Below the pieces are notes generated by a model. It worked only from the letters and a program-made list of their open reading frames with translations. It had not been told where the DNA came from and made no database searches. A program made the position numbers and the translations under genes. Below are positions 37,645 to 48,335 of a stretch of DNA of 64,000 nt, one piece after another. This DNA comes from an uncultured virus (IMG/VR IMGVR_UViG_3300017971_000274) (Duplodnaviria > Heunggongvirae > Uroviricota > Caudoviricetes). The DNA is taken from the IMG/VR virus record IMGVR_UViG_3300017971_000274, positions 1-64,000 of that record; one strand, 5' to 3'. Each line of letters opens with the position of its first letter. The stretch's first letter is position 1.

Positions 37645-39429
37645 ATGGGTACGGAAAACCAGTGGGTAGTATTAGAGCTTACCTCTAAAGCAGAAAATGA
37701 AGATCCGGATATGGTACGGAATTCGATCCGTCATCATATCCGGGACGCCGAAGTTTTCGTACCGGCGTCAGTGGTTCAACGTGGGGAGCAGAGGGTTTTC
37801 CATTACCTTGTGGACGGGTACGCCTTCGTTCAACACAGGCACACGGAGACCCACTACGCCCGGCTGGTAGACACGAAATACGTCCAGGGACCTTTATACG
37901 TTCCGACCGGAGTTAAGAAGGACAAGCGTCTGGCGACTGTCTCCCCGGAGCAGATAGACCAACTGCGTAAGCAGATAAAGGTTGAGGTGGATCAGGGCAT
38001 AGAGGTTGACGACATCGTAGTTATAACCTCAGGCCCTTACAAAAACATCGAAGCTGTCGTGCGGGAGGAGATTCATGAGCACGATTCGGTGACGGTCCAC
38101 ATTCAATTAAGATCCACAGATCGGTTGGTAACATTACCCAGAGCGTTCTTGAGGTTGAAATCAAAACCTCCTCACGTGGTCCACCGGACGAAGTTGGAAA
38201 AGCTAACGGAGTGGGCGCGGGGTGCTCTTATGTTAGCCCGCTGGTCCGGTTCCGAGTTGGAAGGGGTCCGGGAAGGCCATCGGAATCTCGGTCGTATGGA
38301 TGGTTGGATCGAAAAGAGCCGGGCCACGTACCATTTTATAAGAGCGTACCATTCCCGGATAGATTTTGACCCCTTGTGGGCCAAGTTCCAGGAGCTACGA
38401 AACCTACAGACAGGGGTTTCTTTACGGAGTCAGATTCATACTGTTAGCGCTCCTCTCCCGGACCTAAGCTTCATGTCTCAGAAACACCAGGAGGTGCGGT
38501 TTCTATCAGAAGCTTGCGCCAAGATCTTTACGATATACTCGGACGTAAGAGAAATGACAGAACCTACTCCTATGAATTTGGTCGTGGACGGCACCCAATT
38601 ATACATTCGATGTCTTTCCGCTCCCGGCTTGAGCGACCTCACGGACTCTCAGGGCCGACCGACCGGTGCCATCGTTGGGTTTCTAAGAAGCCTTGGCTCC
38701 TACAAAAAGAGATTCCCGAAGGCGCGGGTTTTCGTGTGTTGGGATGGTTCGTCGCAACGGCGGAAGGCTATGTTCCCTGACTACAAGGCCAACCGGATTT
38801 CGCGGTCCGGGGCAGCGGCCAACACCTTCGAGATGGATTGGCTTCGAGATAATTTGCCGTCATTCGGCGTCATTCAGGCGTTTAATCCAGACGAAGAGGC
38901 TGACGATGTTATGGCCGCCCTGGTGAGAGGGCCGCTCGAAGGCCGCCCAAACGTGCTGATTTCCACGGACAGGGATCTGTTACAGTTGGTATCGGAGTTC
39001 ACTCACCAGTTGTGCCCAAAGGTGGGGATGGGTAAGGAAAGGTTATACAACCCGGCGCTCGTCAAGAGGGAGTATGGAGTGGCTCCGGAGAGTATGATCC
39101 ACCTACGGGCGTTGAGCGGAGACACCTCAGATAATATACCCGGAGTCCCCGGCTTTGGTCCTAAGACAGCCTCCAAACTCATCAAACTGTATGGTTCAGT
39201 CGAGGCCCTGTTAGGATCTAATTTGGCCGGGTTAGGAAAAAGTCAGGTTTCCAAATTGCGTGCTAACGAGGATCGGGTTATTAAAAACATTGACTTGTTA
39301 GCTCTGAAAGACGTACCATTCAGACAGATCGAATCGAATCCAGATCAGAGTAGGGCAGAAGCCGAGCTAGAGGGTATTGAGGTAAAGCCTAAGTCTATTC
39401 TAGCTGCGTTCTTCCCAAAACAACCTTAG
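37645..39429 (+). CDS. NusG-like (NGN+KOW) domain fused to a 5'-3' exonuclease (FEN/PolI N-terminal type)
   Basis: WVVL..VFVP..DGYAFV, KOW VVITSGPYKN; then VVDG, YKANR, EADD, STDRDLLQL, GDTSDNIPGVPGFGPKTA. Confidence 0.82.
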   Translation: MGTENQWVVLELTSKAENEDPDMVRNSIRHHIRDAEVFVPASVVQRGEQRVFHYLVDGYAFVQHRHTETHYARLVDTKYVQGPLYVPTGVKKDKRLATVSPEQIDQLRKQIKVEVDQGIEVDDIVVITSGPYKNIEAVVREEIHEHDSVTVHIQLRSTDRLVTLPRAFLRLKSKPPHVVHRTKLEKLTEWARGALMLARWSGSELEGVREGHRNLGRMDGWIEKSRATYHFIRAYHSRIDFDPLWAKFQELRNLQTGVSLRSQIHTVSAPLPDLSFMSQKHQEVRFLSEACAKIFTIYSDVREMTEPTPMNLVVDGTQLYIRCLSAPGLSDLTDSQGRPTGAIVGFLRSLGSYKKRFPKARVFVCWDGSSQRRKAMFPDYKANRISRSGAAANTFEMDWLRDNLPSFGVIQAFNPDEEADDVMAALVRGPLEGRPNVLISTDRDLLQLVSEFTHQLCPKVGMGKERLYNPALVKREYGVAPESMIHLRALSGDTSDNIPGVPGFGPKTASKLIKLYGSVEALLGSNLAGLGKSQVSKLRANEDRVIKNIDLLALKDVPFRQIESNPDQSRAEAELEGIEVKPKSILAAFFPKQP

Positions 39430-39478
39430 AGGAGAGCCTCTGATACGGCTACGATGGCCGTTACAAGGAGTCGAGTCG

Positions 39479-40120
39479 ATGTCAAGTGGCTATGTTATTC
39501 CGGTCGATCCCGCTGAGTTAGCTAACCGTTTTGCAGCACCTGATCCAACACCTATAGACGAAAGAGAGAGACTAGAGAGGGAAGAAGAAGAGGCTGAGAT
39601 GGAGGCGTTGTTCTCCACTGATGACTATGAAACGATTGTCGCGCCCCTTCTTGACCGGATACCAGAACGCGAGGCAGATCTTATATATCTCTATTACGTC
39701 TGTAAGAAACGCCAAGCCGACATAGCCGAAATCTTCGATGTAACCCAGGCGGCTATCAGTTACCGGCTGGACCGGGGGATTCAACGCATCAAGTTCTTGC
39801 TGTCCATTCCTACGGTCACGGAAGAGGACATGCGGAAGGATCTTGCCGAGATCTTTGAGCAAATCGACATCAATATTTTGGTGGGGATGTGGCAGACAAC
39901 GTGCCAATCAGAAGTGGCGTCCAAGTTGAAGTTAACACAAGGACGTGTCCGCCATCGGTTTTTCAAGGCCGTTGAGGTTCTTAAGGATGCGGCCGAGGGT
40001 GATGACCAGTTCCAACCATACCATAAGATATTCTCCTCAATCGCATCCAAGAATTTCAATATTCTCAGGGCCGTGAGCCTACCGCAGTGGAGTGATAGGG
40101 GCGTGGACCGCTGTGTGTGA
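39479..40120 (+). CDS. sigma-70 region-4-like HTH transcription factor
   Basis: IPEREADLIYLYY...QADIAEIFDVTQAAISYR and second QSEVASKLKLTQGRVRHR. Confidence 0.7.
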   Translation: MSSGYVIPVDPAELANRFAAPDPTPIDERERLEREEEEAEMEALFSTDDYETIVAPLLDRIPEREADLIYLYYVCKKRQADIAEIFDVTQAAISYRLDRGIQRIKFLLSIPTVTEEDMRKDLAEIFEQIDINILVGMWQTTCQSEVASKLKLTQGRVRHRFFKAVEVLKDAAEGDDQFQPYHKIFSSIASKNFNILRAVSLPQWSDRGVDRCV

Positions 40121-40289
40121 GAAGGAGCCGCTCCCTATAATAGAGGCTGAGAGTGACGCACTCGCGGCGATGGAAGCGGCCGAGAAGGAGTTAGAAGAGA
40201 CCTATAAGCGGGAACTTGACGAGTCCCGGACCGCCTACACATTGGTTCGAGCGGACTGAACAAGTCGTATAATTATAGGGTTTTCTTTT

Positions 40290-41207
40290 ATGGAGTGGGA
40301 TCAGACGAGGACTATTCCCTTGTCTACACTCCAATACCAAGATTACCAATTTCAGGTTTCGCTGCCGTGCGGTGCGTGGAAGTGGGTGACTCGCATCGAC
40401 GTGTCCCAGTCAACGGTATCGACGGAAGTCAGGGACATAGTCTCGCCGTACGGCCTTTTGCGAGATTCCATACCGATCCCAGGAGAGGTCGTCCAGGCGA
40501 TGGCCGACTCCATTGTGGAGATGTTGTTAGCTTACCGGCCCAGCATCTTACTCGCGCCTCTAACTCTGGATTTCGTCGTAGACGAAGGTCGGGGTGTCTC
40601 GGAAGCCAAGTCGGTAACGGTCACTAACAACGGAATCTTAGGTTCGCTTCTGGCGGTCACGATTACATCGTCGGCCGCGTATGTGGCCGCCTTACCGGCA
40701 AACATAGGTGGTCTGGCTTCCAACGAGTCGGGTCGTTTCGATGTTTCGGTGGATAGCGCCAGCCTTCTGGCCATAAACAGCCCTTACTCGGCTACATTGA
40801 CGGTACAGAGTTCGTCGGCCACAAACAGCCCGCAAACGGTGGCTGTTAACATTGTCGTGCGCCCGCTTTCCGAAATCACGGTGTTGCCGACGAGTTTGAC
40901 GTTCAATGTGGCAAAGCCCCTGACGGGACCATACCCGCCGATTCCGTCACAACAAATTAATCTCACGAACTCCGGTCCGCCAACGTCGGTTCTCGACTAT
41001 CAGATCCGTCAGTTGGTGGGGTCCACATGGCTGACCAGTTATTCACCTGTTTACGGGTCTCTTAATGGAGGTGCTTCTCAACCGATTACGGTAACGGTAG
41101 CGCCGTCCGCTAGTCTGGCCTCCGGTTCTTACAATGAGACTCTCAGATTCACAGGATATAGTTCTAACATGAGCGTAGACGTGCCGGTGACGCTCAATAT
41201 CACATGA
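40290..41207 (+). CDS. Ig-like/BACON repeat virion-associated protein
   Basis: Two beta-rich repeats (PxxLxF...TNxG...GxL...Y...VxVxL); start may be the internal TTG before STLQYQ. Confidence 0.65.
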   Translation: MEWDQTRTIPLSTLQYQDYQFQVSLPCGAWKWVTRIDVSQSTVSTEVRDIVSPYGLLRDSIPIPGEVVQAMADSIVEMLLAYRPSILLAPLTLDFVVDEGRGVSEAKSVTVTNNGILGSLLAVTITSSAAYVAALPANIGGLASNESGRFDVSVDSASLLAINSPYSATLTVQSSSATNSPQTVAVNIVVRPLSEITVLPTSLTFNVAKPLTGPYPPIPSQQINLTNSGPPTSVLDYQIRQLVGSTWLTSYSPVYGSLNGGASQPITVTVAPSASLASGSYNETLRFTGYSSNMSVDVPVTLNIT

Positions 41208-41215
41208 GGTTAGGG

Positions 41216-41488
41216 ATGGCAGATTTTGATCTTGGTCAAATGGAAGTATCGGGTGCCACGGGCTTGGATGCTCTGTTCAAGCGCGAAGAACACATCTTAC
41301 GTCCGCAAACCATGACAGGGCGGGCTAAGGTCGCCTCGATCAAGGATTTGCACAACTTCGTTCGGTTGTCGTCGGACACTCTGATCCATAAGAGCGACCG
41401 CGACCTCTGGGCGCTCAAGAAGGAGGGCGACGGCAGCTTCTTCATCGAGCGCTTGTTTGACGATAACGGTGAACCTCTCAAGGGATAA
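41216..41488 (+). CDS. hypothetical protein
   Basis: Packed ORF, KVAS motif. Confidence 0.7.
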   Translation: MADFDLGQMEVSGATGLDALFKREEHILRPQTMTGRAKVASIKDLHNFVRLSSDTLIHKSDRDLWALKKEGDGSFFIERLFDDNGEPLKG

Positions 41489-41489
41489 A

Positions 41490-43064
41490 ATGCCGCAAGC
41501 GTATGAAAAGACAAAGGCCGTTCTGGACCGCCATTTGCGAGAGGCTCACCTCGAACCTCGAATAAAGGTCGCGGAGTTCGATCCAGACCAGTTCAAGTCT
41601 AAGGATGACTTCGGCGGTGGCAGCTTCATGAAGCGTGCGATCCCAAAGAACTTTCCTTATGATCCCAAGGCTCTCAAGCCGTTGGCCCAGACACTCTGGG
41701 CGATGAGCGTTGCTCTGGGCCACACACTGACGGCTCATCGGCAGTTGTCCAAGATCAAGTCTTCTACAGTATCCCCTGACGGCCTCATCGGCGGCCAGGG
41801 TTATGTGATGTCCATCAAGGAGGTACGTAAGGCGCTCTATAACGCCGCTGAAGGGTTGTCTTCGATTTCCGACACCATTCACGATGAGATCAACGCCCCT
41901 CACTGGAAGCCGAAGCTCGCAGAGTTGGAAAGAAACGACATCGAAAGCGTGGAAAGGCTCGTGGGCGAGGCCGAGCAAATCATGGAGAACCCGGAAGAAG
42001 AAGTCGAAGAAGGTATGGAGGAGGCAGAGCAGAGCGGTGAGCGGGCGGAGATGGAAGAAGGGGAGGGGGAGCCGAAATCCCAGCTACCTGATAACGCTAA
42101 CCTGCCGGACGCTGCGGAGGTCGTCGAGTCCGGGCAGCACGTCAAACAGGCTTCTGAGTATGGTTACGATCGACGGGGTAGTTCCCTTCCAACCCAGACG
42201 TTGCCTGGACCTCGTGTCCAACACCTGGACCGGGCCGATGTGGATCAGACTGGCCCTTTTGGCTCTCATAACACAGAAGAGCCGATGTCCACACACGACG
42301 AATGGAGCCGGACTGACGGCGTCCCGAACGAGTACCTCTATCAAAGCGAGTGGGACAACAACCTGTTGGACAAGACAGCGGAGCGGGATCGGGAGTTAGC
42401 GGCCAGCGTGCGGGGTACTACTGTCCGCACCCTGAAGACTTCGACCAAGTCTAAGACCCTGGTAACGCCGGGATCGGTAGAGGCGGAACTTGAGGCTGCG
42501 GAAGGTGTTCAGATCGAACCAATGCGAAGCGCGGCCTCAAATCTCCCGGACAAGGACACCGACCCCACTCCCACAAAAGGCTACGACTTCGGAATCGGGT
42601 ACGGCGATGGCAACGATGCTCATGGCCAGGGCGCGGGAGGTTATGGGACTGTTGACTCTGATGGTGGTGTTTATGGGCCGTCTTCGGAACTACCCGGCGA
42701 CCTGGATGGCGGATCGACAGAGCGTGATGACACGACACCGACCGTTGAACTGGCTGTAGGCGGTCGTAACGCGAAGTGGAAGACCGCTTGTTCTATGCTC
42801 CCTCTTGATGTCATGCCTTCTGTCGCCCGTTCGGACTATTACGAGGGAGACAAGGCCGACAATGAGGTAAACGCCACCAGTGAGGTGCCTGAGGTCGAGA
42901 GCGCTCCCGTTGAAACCCCGAGAGACATGATACCTGGGACTGCGTACAGCTACGACCAGGGGAACCAGCCGTACATCAAGTGGGACTCAGACACCCGCAA
43001 CATGGAATGTGACTATGTATATCAGAGAGAGGTTGAAGAAGGTCCTTACGAGAGAGAAGGATAA
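41490..43064 (+). CDS. acidic hypothetical protein, probable head-associated
   Basis: Several KxA motifs, low complexity. Confidence 0.7.
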   Translation: MPQAYEKTKAVLDRHLREAHLEPRIKVAEFDPDQFKSKDDFGGGSFMKRAIPKNFPYDPKALKPLAQTLWAMSVALGHTLTAHRQLSKIKSSTVSPDGLIGGQGYVMSIKEVRKALYNAAEGLSSISDTIHDEINAPHWKPKLAELERNDIESVERLVGEAEQIMENPEEEVEEGMEEAEQSGERAEMEEGEGEPKSQLPDNANLPDAAEVVESGQHVKQASEYGYDRRGSSLPTQTLPGPRVQHLDRADVDQTGPFGSHNTEEPMSTHDEWSRTDGVPNEYLYQSEWDNNLLDKTAERDRELAASVRGTTVRTLKTSTKSKTLVTPGSVEAELEAAEGVQIEPMRSAASNLPDKDTDPTPTKGYDFGIGYGDGNDAHGQGAGGYGTVDSDGGVYGPSSELPGDLDGGSTERDDTTPTVELAVGGRNAKWKTACSMLPLDVMPSVARSDYYEGDKADNEVNATSEVPEVESAPVETPRDMIPGTAYSYDQGNQPYIKWDSDTRNMECDYVYQREVEEGPYEREG

Positions 43065-43066
43065 CT

Positions 43067-45025
43067 ATGTCAGCGTTTGATCTCGATAATTTCTTGAAAG
43101 ACTCGTCTGTGTCCAATTTGGATTGGCTCGACGTGGACGAGACCTCGTATCGTGAGATGGATACGTTGCCCAAACAAAATTTGGACATCCAGCCCGATCT
43201 TGAAGCTCTGTGGGCCAGGGAAGGAGAGTCCCCTTCCGCGTATCTGACCCCAAATTCTTCGCTTCCCAACCCTGGCATCGACGATCCGAGGACCATGGGG
43301 GATATGTCTCAGGCTCACGGGCGTCTCAGGGAAGAGGCCGATACCATCCGTAGGATCGCCCGGTTTACCTTGATGCAGTCGAGCGACTCTCGGCGGATTC
43401 GGGATGAACTCACAAAGCGTTTCGCGATGGACGATTTACACAATCATCGTGAAGTTCTTGCCGAAGTCATGCAAGAGAGAGGGCTTTTGGGCGACCTTTA
43501 CGTTTCGGCCGCTGATTTCCCGGCCTGTGCCCAAGGCGGCAAACAGGTGGAGTTTGTCCGACGGTACGCGGACAAGGCCCTGTATATTTTGGGCAAAGAA
43601 GCGTGCGAAGGTTGTTCTCACGCCTGTCAGACAGCTACCGGGAAGCACTGTGGTGTCTTCCACAAAGAGATCCAGTTCGAGATCCCGTATTCTGATGAAT
43701 TGGCCGAAGCGATCGAGCGTAACCAAGAGGGTTGCGGATGTTCTGTAAAAGCTTCGGCGTCGGACCCGAAAGAGCGGATCAGACAAGCGTTCCTTGCCCC
43801 GAAAACGTCGAGCACGGATGATTACGAGGGCCAGGGTCTCGACCGGACGGTCAAGGCCACCGTTCCCGAACAAGAGGTGCGAAAGCAGTTGTCCCAGCCC
43901 GTGGGGGACAAACAGGCGGCAGAGGGCCGTCCTGTTGTGGCTTTCCTTCACCGGGAGATGGTGAAGGGGTTGTCTCACGAGGAGTTGGTGCGCTCGCTCA
44001 AGTTGGCTTTTGATACCGACCTCCTGACTCGCACCCACACTTACTGGGGACCTACGTTCAAGGAGTCTGGCCTCTACGGTGTGGTCTACTCGAAGCAAGC
44101 CAGTTTTGCCGACTGTCACACGGGTGCTGATTTCCTGGCCAAACACAACCCTGGTGTCAGGGCGATTGTGGCCGGGGACAAGTGTGCCTCGTGTATCTAC
44201 AACAAGACTCGATGCCTCCTTTACGGCAAGCCTTTAATTAAGGATGCGTCTGAGGTCGTTACTCAGGACACAGTAGATGCCGTTCTCCAGGAACACCGAA
44301 CCGCTGGCCGGTTGCCGCCATGGGAAGCCGTTCCTCGAAAGTGGGGCGACACCCCCGCACAAGCGCTTAGGACCATCCACGAAGCGACCAAGAAGGCTTC
44401 GTACTCTCAAGTGGCCCCGACCCGTATGGGTTTCATGGAAGGTTTTCATGGTCAGGAGGTTGGCCATGTGACCAGTGGTTTGACCCGGAAGGACGTGGCA
44501 AAACAAGCGTCAAAATACATGAACGAGGGTTTGTACGGCAACGACCTTTTGGATGCTCTCAAGACGCGGTTTGAGGTTCGGGATCTCGTCGCCGCGAAGG
44601 ACGAACTCAAGAAGGTTGTAGCCGAACAAGGACTACAGGGCGTCTTCTACGTGGACCCGTCGGTTTACGACGACTACGGCAAGGGTTGTGAAGAAGCTGT
44701 CCGTCTCCACCGGACTCGTATGGTCGGGTATGTGAAGCAAGGCTCGAAGTGCGAAAGTTGTATCCATCAGGTCAACACCGGAGTCTGCTCAAAGCTCAAC
44801 AAGCGTCTGGTGGACGAGCCTCCGTATGTGGACAAGGCCGCCCAACAGCGCGAAGTCTTGGCGTCCGGCCGCTCGACGGACGTTTCATATGGTTCATTGG
44901 TCAACAACGGGGCTTCTGCTTTGGCTGAGTTCCAGATGCAACAGGGTATGGATGTTTCTGTTAACGAGGCTCCGGACCCTAACATCGTGGATGTGCAACT
45001 CGGAACCGGGAAGGTCAAGCTTTGA
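43067..45025 (+). CDS. protein with three Cys-rich repeats
   Basis: ExGLxG..Y...C...CxxC...C pattern three times. Confidence 0.75.
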   Translation: MSAFDLDNFLKDSSVSNLDWLDVDETSYREMDTLPKQNLDIQPDLEALWAREGESPSAYLTPNSSLPNPGIDDPRTMGDMSQAHGRLREEADTIRRIARFTLMQSSDSRRIRDELTKRFAMDDLHNHREVLAEVMQERGLLGDLYVSAADFPACAQGGKQVEFVRRYADKALYILGKEACEGCSHACQTATGKHCGVFHKEIQFEIPYSDELAEAIERNQEGCGCSVKASASDPKERIRQAFLAPKTSSTDDYEGQGLDRTVKATVPEQEVRKQLSQPVGDKQAAEGRPVVAFLHREMVKGLSHEELVRSLKLAFDTDLLTRTHTYWGPTFKESGLYGVVYSKQASFADCHTGADFLAKHNPGVRAIVAGDKCASCIYNKTRCLLYGKPLIKDASEVVTQDTVDAVLQEHRTAGRLPPWEAVPRKWGDTPAQALRTIHEATKKASYSQVAPTRMGFMEGFHGQEVGHVTSGLTRKDVAKQASKYMNEGLYGNDLLDALKTRFEVRDLVAAKDELKKVVAEQGLQGVFYVDPSVYDDYGKGCEEAVRLHRTRMVGYVKQGSKCESCIHQVNTGVCSKLNKRLVDEPPYVDKAAQQREVLASGRSTDVSYGSLVNNGASALAEFQMQQGMDVSVNEAPDPNIVDVQLGTGKVKL

Positions 45026-45426
45026 CATCTCCTTTAACATTACGTGTCGCGGCTCGTTTTCAAATCGCGGAAAGTGCCCGCGAAGAGGCGCGGGATTCTA
45101 CCCAGCCTGTAAACAAGCCAAAGGATCTTTCTCGCGAGGTCGTTGAGGATTACGGCTCGACGGACGAGCGTGAAGATACGGTGAAACCAGACAAAGACGA
45201 TGTCCGTCCGAAAGACGTTTTCAAACCGTTACCCTCTCAGGTCAGCGTATACAATTACGTTACCAAGGGGTGGCCGGGAGACGCTGACGACTACACGGAC
45301 ATGGAGAAGGTGTTGGACAAACAGGTCCCCAAAGACAAGGGGTACGACACTGTAAGCAACCTGAGCCAATACCTGATCGAAACGGAAGGCGGGGGTGGGA
45401 CTCCTCCGGTAGAAGGTAATGACTAA
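45022..45426 (+). CDS. hypothetical protein (RVAARF N-terminus)
   Basis: TTGA overlap; N-terminal motif. Confidence 0.65.
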   Translation: MTSPLTLRVAARFQIAESAREEARDSTQPVNKPKDLSREVVEDYGSTDEREDTVKPDKDDVRPKDVFKPLPSQVSVYNYVTKGWPGDADDYTDMEKVLDKQVPKDKGYDTVSNLSQYLIETEGGGGTPPVEGND

Positions 45427-46030
45427 TATGCCAGACGAAGAAGGAAAGGTACCGGAAGAGGGGACAGAGGAGAAACCGCGTCCGAAGCTGTTCCTGGCCG
45501 CGAACAACAAGGACAAGGTACCGGCTGGCGGTCGAGCGGCCGGGCAACGCACTCGTCCCCCTGGCAGCAAGTTCAACAAGCCGAGCCAGGATCAGTTGGA
45601 CTACTACGAGGAGACTTCTGAGGAGCGGGAAGAGTTCATCGCGGATGACCCGGTCGTTAAGAGCGCGGCAGAAGCCGATCCTATAAAGCTGTTGGCGACC
45701 CTTAAGGCAGAGGTCGCCCGCGAAGCAGCGGCTTTGCATTATCAGCGTAAACAGAACGAGATAATGGGGAAGGACATCACCAGGATCTCGGCGCGTCGTA
45801 TCGATGCGATGAAGAAAATCGCTGACATTGAAATGGAGATGCGTAAGATCGGCTTCGATCAGGTGGATATCTACAGCGAGAAGTTCCAAAAGATTTTCAA
45901 ACTGTGGACCGATATGATTCGTGTCGCCGCCGAGGAAACCTTAGCCCCTGAGCAGCTTGATCTCTTCTTCAACAAACTCCAGACCGAGATGGAGGGTTGG
46001 GAAGAGAAAGCAGAAAATTTGGTTCGGTGA
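45419..46030 (+). CDS. putative terminase small subunit
   Basis: Helical protein directly upstream of the large terminase; positional inference. Confidence 0.45.
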   Translation: MTNMPDEEGKVPEEGTEEKPRPKLFLAANNKDKVPAGGRAAGQRTRPPGSKFNKPSQDQLDYYEETSEEREEFIADDPVVKSAAEADPIKLLATLKAEVAREAAALHYQRKQNEIMGKDITRISARRIDAMKKIADIEMEMRKIGFDQVDIYSEKFQKIFKLWTDMIRVAAEETLAPEQLDLFFNKLQTEMEGWEEKAENLVR

Positions 46031-46033
46031 CGT

Positions 46034-48076
46034 GTGGCACAGAGAAAGCGATCCGGAGCAGGGGTTTCAGCACTCATTAGAGATGCTGGAGTTCGCGCCA
46101 AGCAAGCTGTAGAGCAAAAACAGCTTGATATCCAGCTACAGAACAAGATAGCGGACGGGGAACTCGACCCGGACGGTTTTGACGAGGACGAGGTACGTCC
46201 GTTTCAGCCCCGTATTTTTAATATCATAGAGTACATCGAGCAAGCCTGGGGAATCGGGATGAAGTTGTTCCCGGCCCAGCGCTTTATCGTCAAGCTCTAC
46301 TACCATCTTCCGTTAGACGACGAAGAAAAGACCATAAGAGTCACCGACATGTTCGGTGAGGATCTCCTCTACGAGTTCACCGAGAAAGAGTATCTCCATT
46401 ATCTGTACAACGAGGGTCGTTGTAACATCGGGGAGCAAGATCACGAACGGCGCGAGTTAGTTTTGGCCATCGGCCGTCGTGCCGGGAAGACAACACTCAG
46501 TGGTATATTCGCCAGCTACGAAGTCTACCGTTTACTAAATTTATTCAACCCCCAGGAGTATTACGGGCTACCTAACGGGAACCGCATCCAGATCACGTCG
46601 GTGGCCACCGATAAGGATCAGGCGGGTATTCTTTTCAACGAGGTGACTACACACTTAGCGAAGTGTGACTACTTCAAGCCGTATATCGCCAACAACACCC
46701 TGTCACACATTCAGTTCAGGACCCCCTACGACCTGGATCGCTACGGACCCACGCTTCGTCACCAAGACGGCAAGTTCGTCAGTTTCAATGGTAAGGCAAC
46801 TCTACGTGTCACCTTCAAGAGTTGTATAGCCAAGGGCCTTCGTGGGTCGGGTAATATCGTCGTGATTATGGACGAGATGGCCCACTACCAGGACACGGGC
46901 CAGTCGTCGGCCAAGGACATATACGACGCTGTAACGCCCAGCACGGCTGCCTTCTCTCCCAAGGGAGACGACGGGATGCCGATGAAGATGTCCGACGGGG
47001 AAATGTACCCTGTCGAGTCTCGAATCATCACAATTTCGTCTCCGCTCAATAAGGTGGGTAAGTTCTACGATCTATTCCATCTGGCGATGAGCAGGGGTGT
47101 CGGGTCTGAGAACATTTTGGCAATCCAGGCCCCTACCTGGGAGGTGAACCCGACAATCCCGAAGTCTTACTACAAGCAGAAGTACCACGAGGACGCCAAC
47201 GTGTTCATGACAGAGCATGGAGCGCAGTTCTCGGATCGTGTGCGTGGTTGGATCGAGCGGGAAGAGGATCTTGTTTCATGTGTAGATCCCAACTTGCGTC
47301 CTCAGGTCGTCGGGATTCCGCGTTACCCTTACCAGATGGGTATAGATATCGGGTTGATGGGAGACGGCACGGCCATCGCGATAACATGCGCCGAAAACAA
47401 CAAGATTGTGCTGGCTTACCACGAATACTGGCAAGCCGGTGTTGACTGGCGCGAGTCGAACCCACACCTGGGTAATAATTTCACAACCCCGTACTGCAAA
47501 CTCTTGGGCGACGCGAGCCGTCTAGACTTCGACGAAATCGGCCACTGGATCGACGTTCTAACAAAGAGGTTCCACATAACACACGGTCTTTTTGACCGTT
47601 GGAACGGGATTCCGTTGGAACAGGCTCTTCTCAAGAAGGGGCTGACACAGTTCAAGAGCGAGTACTTCCAGAGGGACCTCACGTCACGTATCTACCAGAA
47701 CACGAAGATGCTGATGTTCGACGAGAGTCTCCGTTTGTACGATTTCCCAGTCAAACAAGGTAGTAGGCATTCGGCGTTCATTGAGGAGCTACTGGAACTT
47801 CAAGCGCAACAGATGTCCAGGAACATCGTGGTCGTGGAGGCTCCGCAGACCGTGGGCCACCACGACGACCGTAGTGACGCTTTTGTGCGAGCGGTATGGT
47901 TAACTTCGGAGCGTATGCGCGATGAGAAATTCGTGTACGGCAAGGAGGGTGCCCGCCACATGGGCGCGGGCATGACGCCGGGTCGCTATCAAATGATGCG
48001 AGCACGCAAGCATGGAGGTTTCACGGATCGTGTAGACCCGCGCCGTTTGGGGTTACGTCTTCGTGGTGTGAGATAG
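46034..48076 (+). CDS. terminase large subunit
   Basis: Walker A GRRAGKT, Walker B VVIMDE, ISSP, nuclease GIDIG, HDDRSDA. Confidence 0.9.
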   Translation: MAQRKRSGAGVSALIRDAGVRAKQAVEQKQLDIQLQNKIADGELDPDGFDEDEVRPFQPRIFNIIEYIEQAWGIGMKLFPAQRFIVKLYYHLPLDDEEKTIRVTDMFGEDLLYEFTEKEYLHYLYNEGRCNIGEQDHERRELVLAIGRRAGKTTLSGIFASYEVYRLLNLFNPQEYYGLPNGNRIQITSVATDKDQAGILFNEVTTHLAKCDYFKPYIANNTLSHIQFRTPYDLDRYGPTLRHQDGKFVSFNGKATLRVTFKSCIAKGLRGSGNIVVIMDEMAHYQDTGQSSAKDIYDAVTPSTAAFSPKGDDGMPMKMSDGEMYPVESRIITISSPLNKVGKFYDLFHLAMSRGVGSENILAIQAPTWEVNPTIPKSYYKQKYHEDANVFMTEHGAQFSDRVRGWIEREEDLVSCVDPNLRPQVVGIPRYPYQMGIDIGLMGDGTAIAITCAENNKIVLAYHEYWQAGVDWRESNPHLGNNFTTPYCKLLGDASRLDFDEIGHWIDVLTKRFHITHGLFDRWNGIPLEQALLKKGLTQFKSEYFQRDLTSRIYQNTKMLMFDESLRLYDFPVKQGSRHSAFIEELLELQAQQMSRNIVVVEAPQTVGHHDDRSDAFVRAVWLTSERMRDEKFVYGKEGARHMGAGMTPGRYQMMRARKHGGFTDRVDPRRLGLRLRGVR

Positions 48077-48078
48077 GT

Positions 48079-48333
48079 ATGTACAAAGAAGCTAAAAAAC
48101 CGAAGGTATTTGCCAATAAGGTCATCAAGGAGATGGTGAAGCACATGGTGTCGGACGACACCGTGGTGGGGTTCCGTGATTATTCGGCAATACGATCGGT
48201 GTTTAGGAGGTGCGCTGGCTCTTGGGAGAAGATTGTAAATGGTGATCAGGTTCATATTGAACTGTTGAAAGAGATTGTCACTGGTTGGGGGCAGATGCCC
48301 GAACGCAAGAAGAAGTCGGATCAACTGGTATAA
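48079..48333 (+). CDS. hypothetical protein
   Basis: Packed ORF. Confidence 0.65.
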   Translation: MYKEAKKPKVFANKVIKEMVKHMVSDDTVVGFRDYSAIRSVFRRCAGSWEKIVNGDQVHIELLKEIVTGWGQMPERKKKSDQLV

Positions 48334-48335
48334 CG

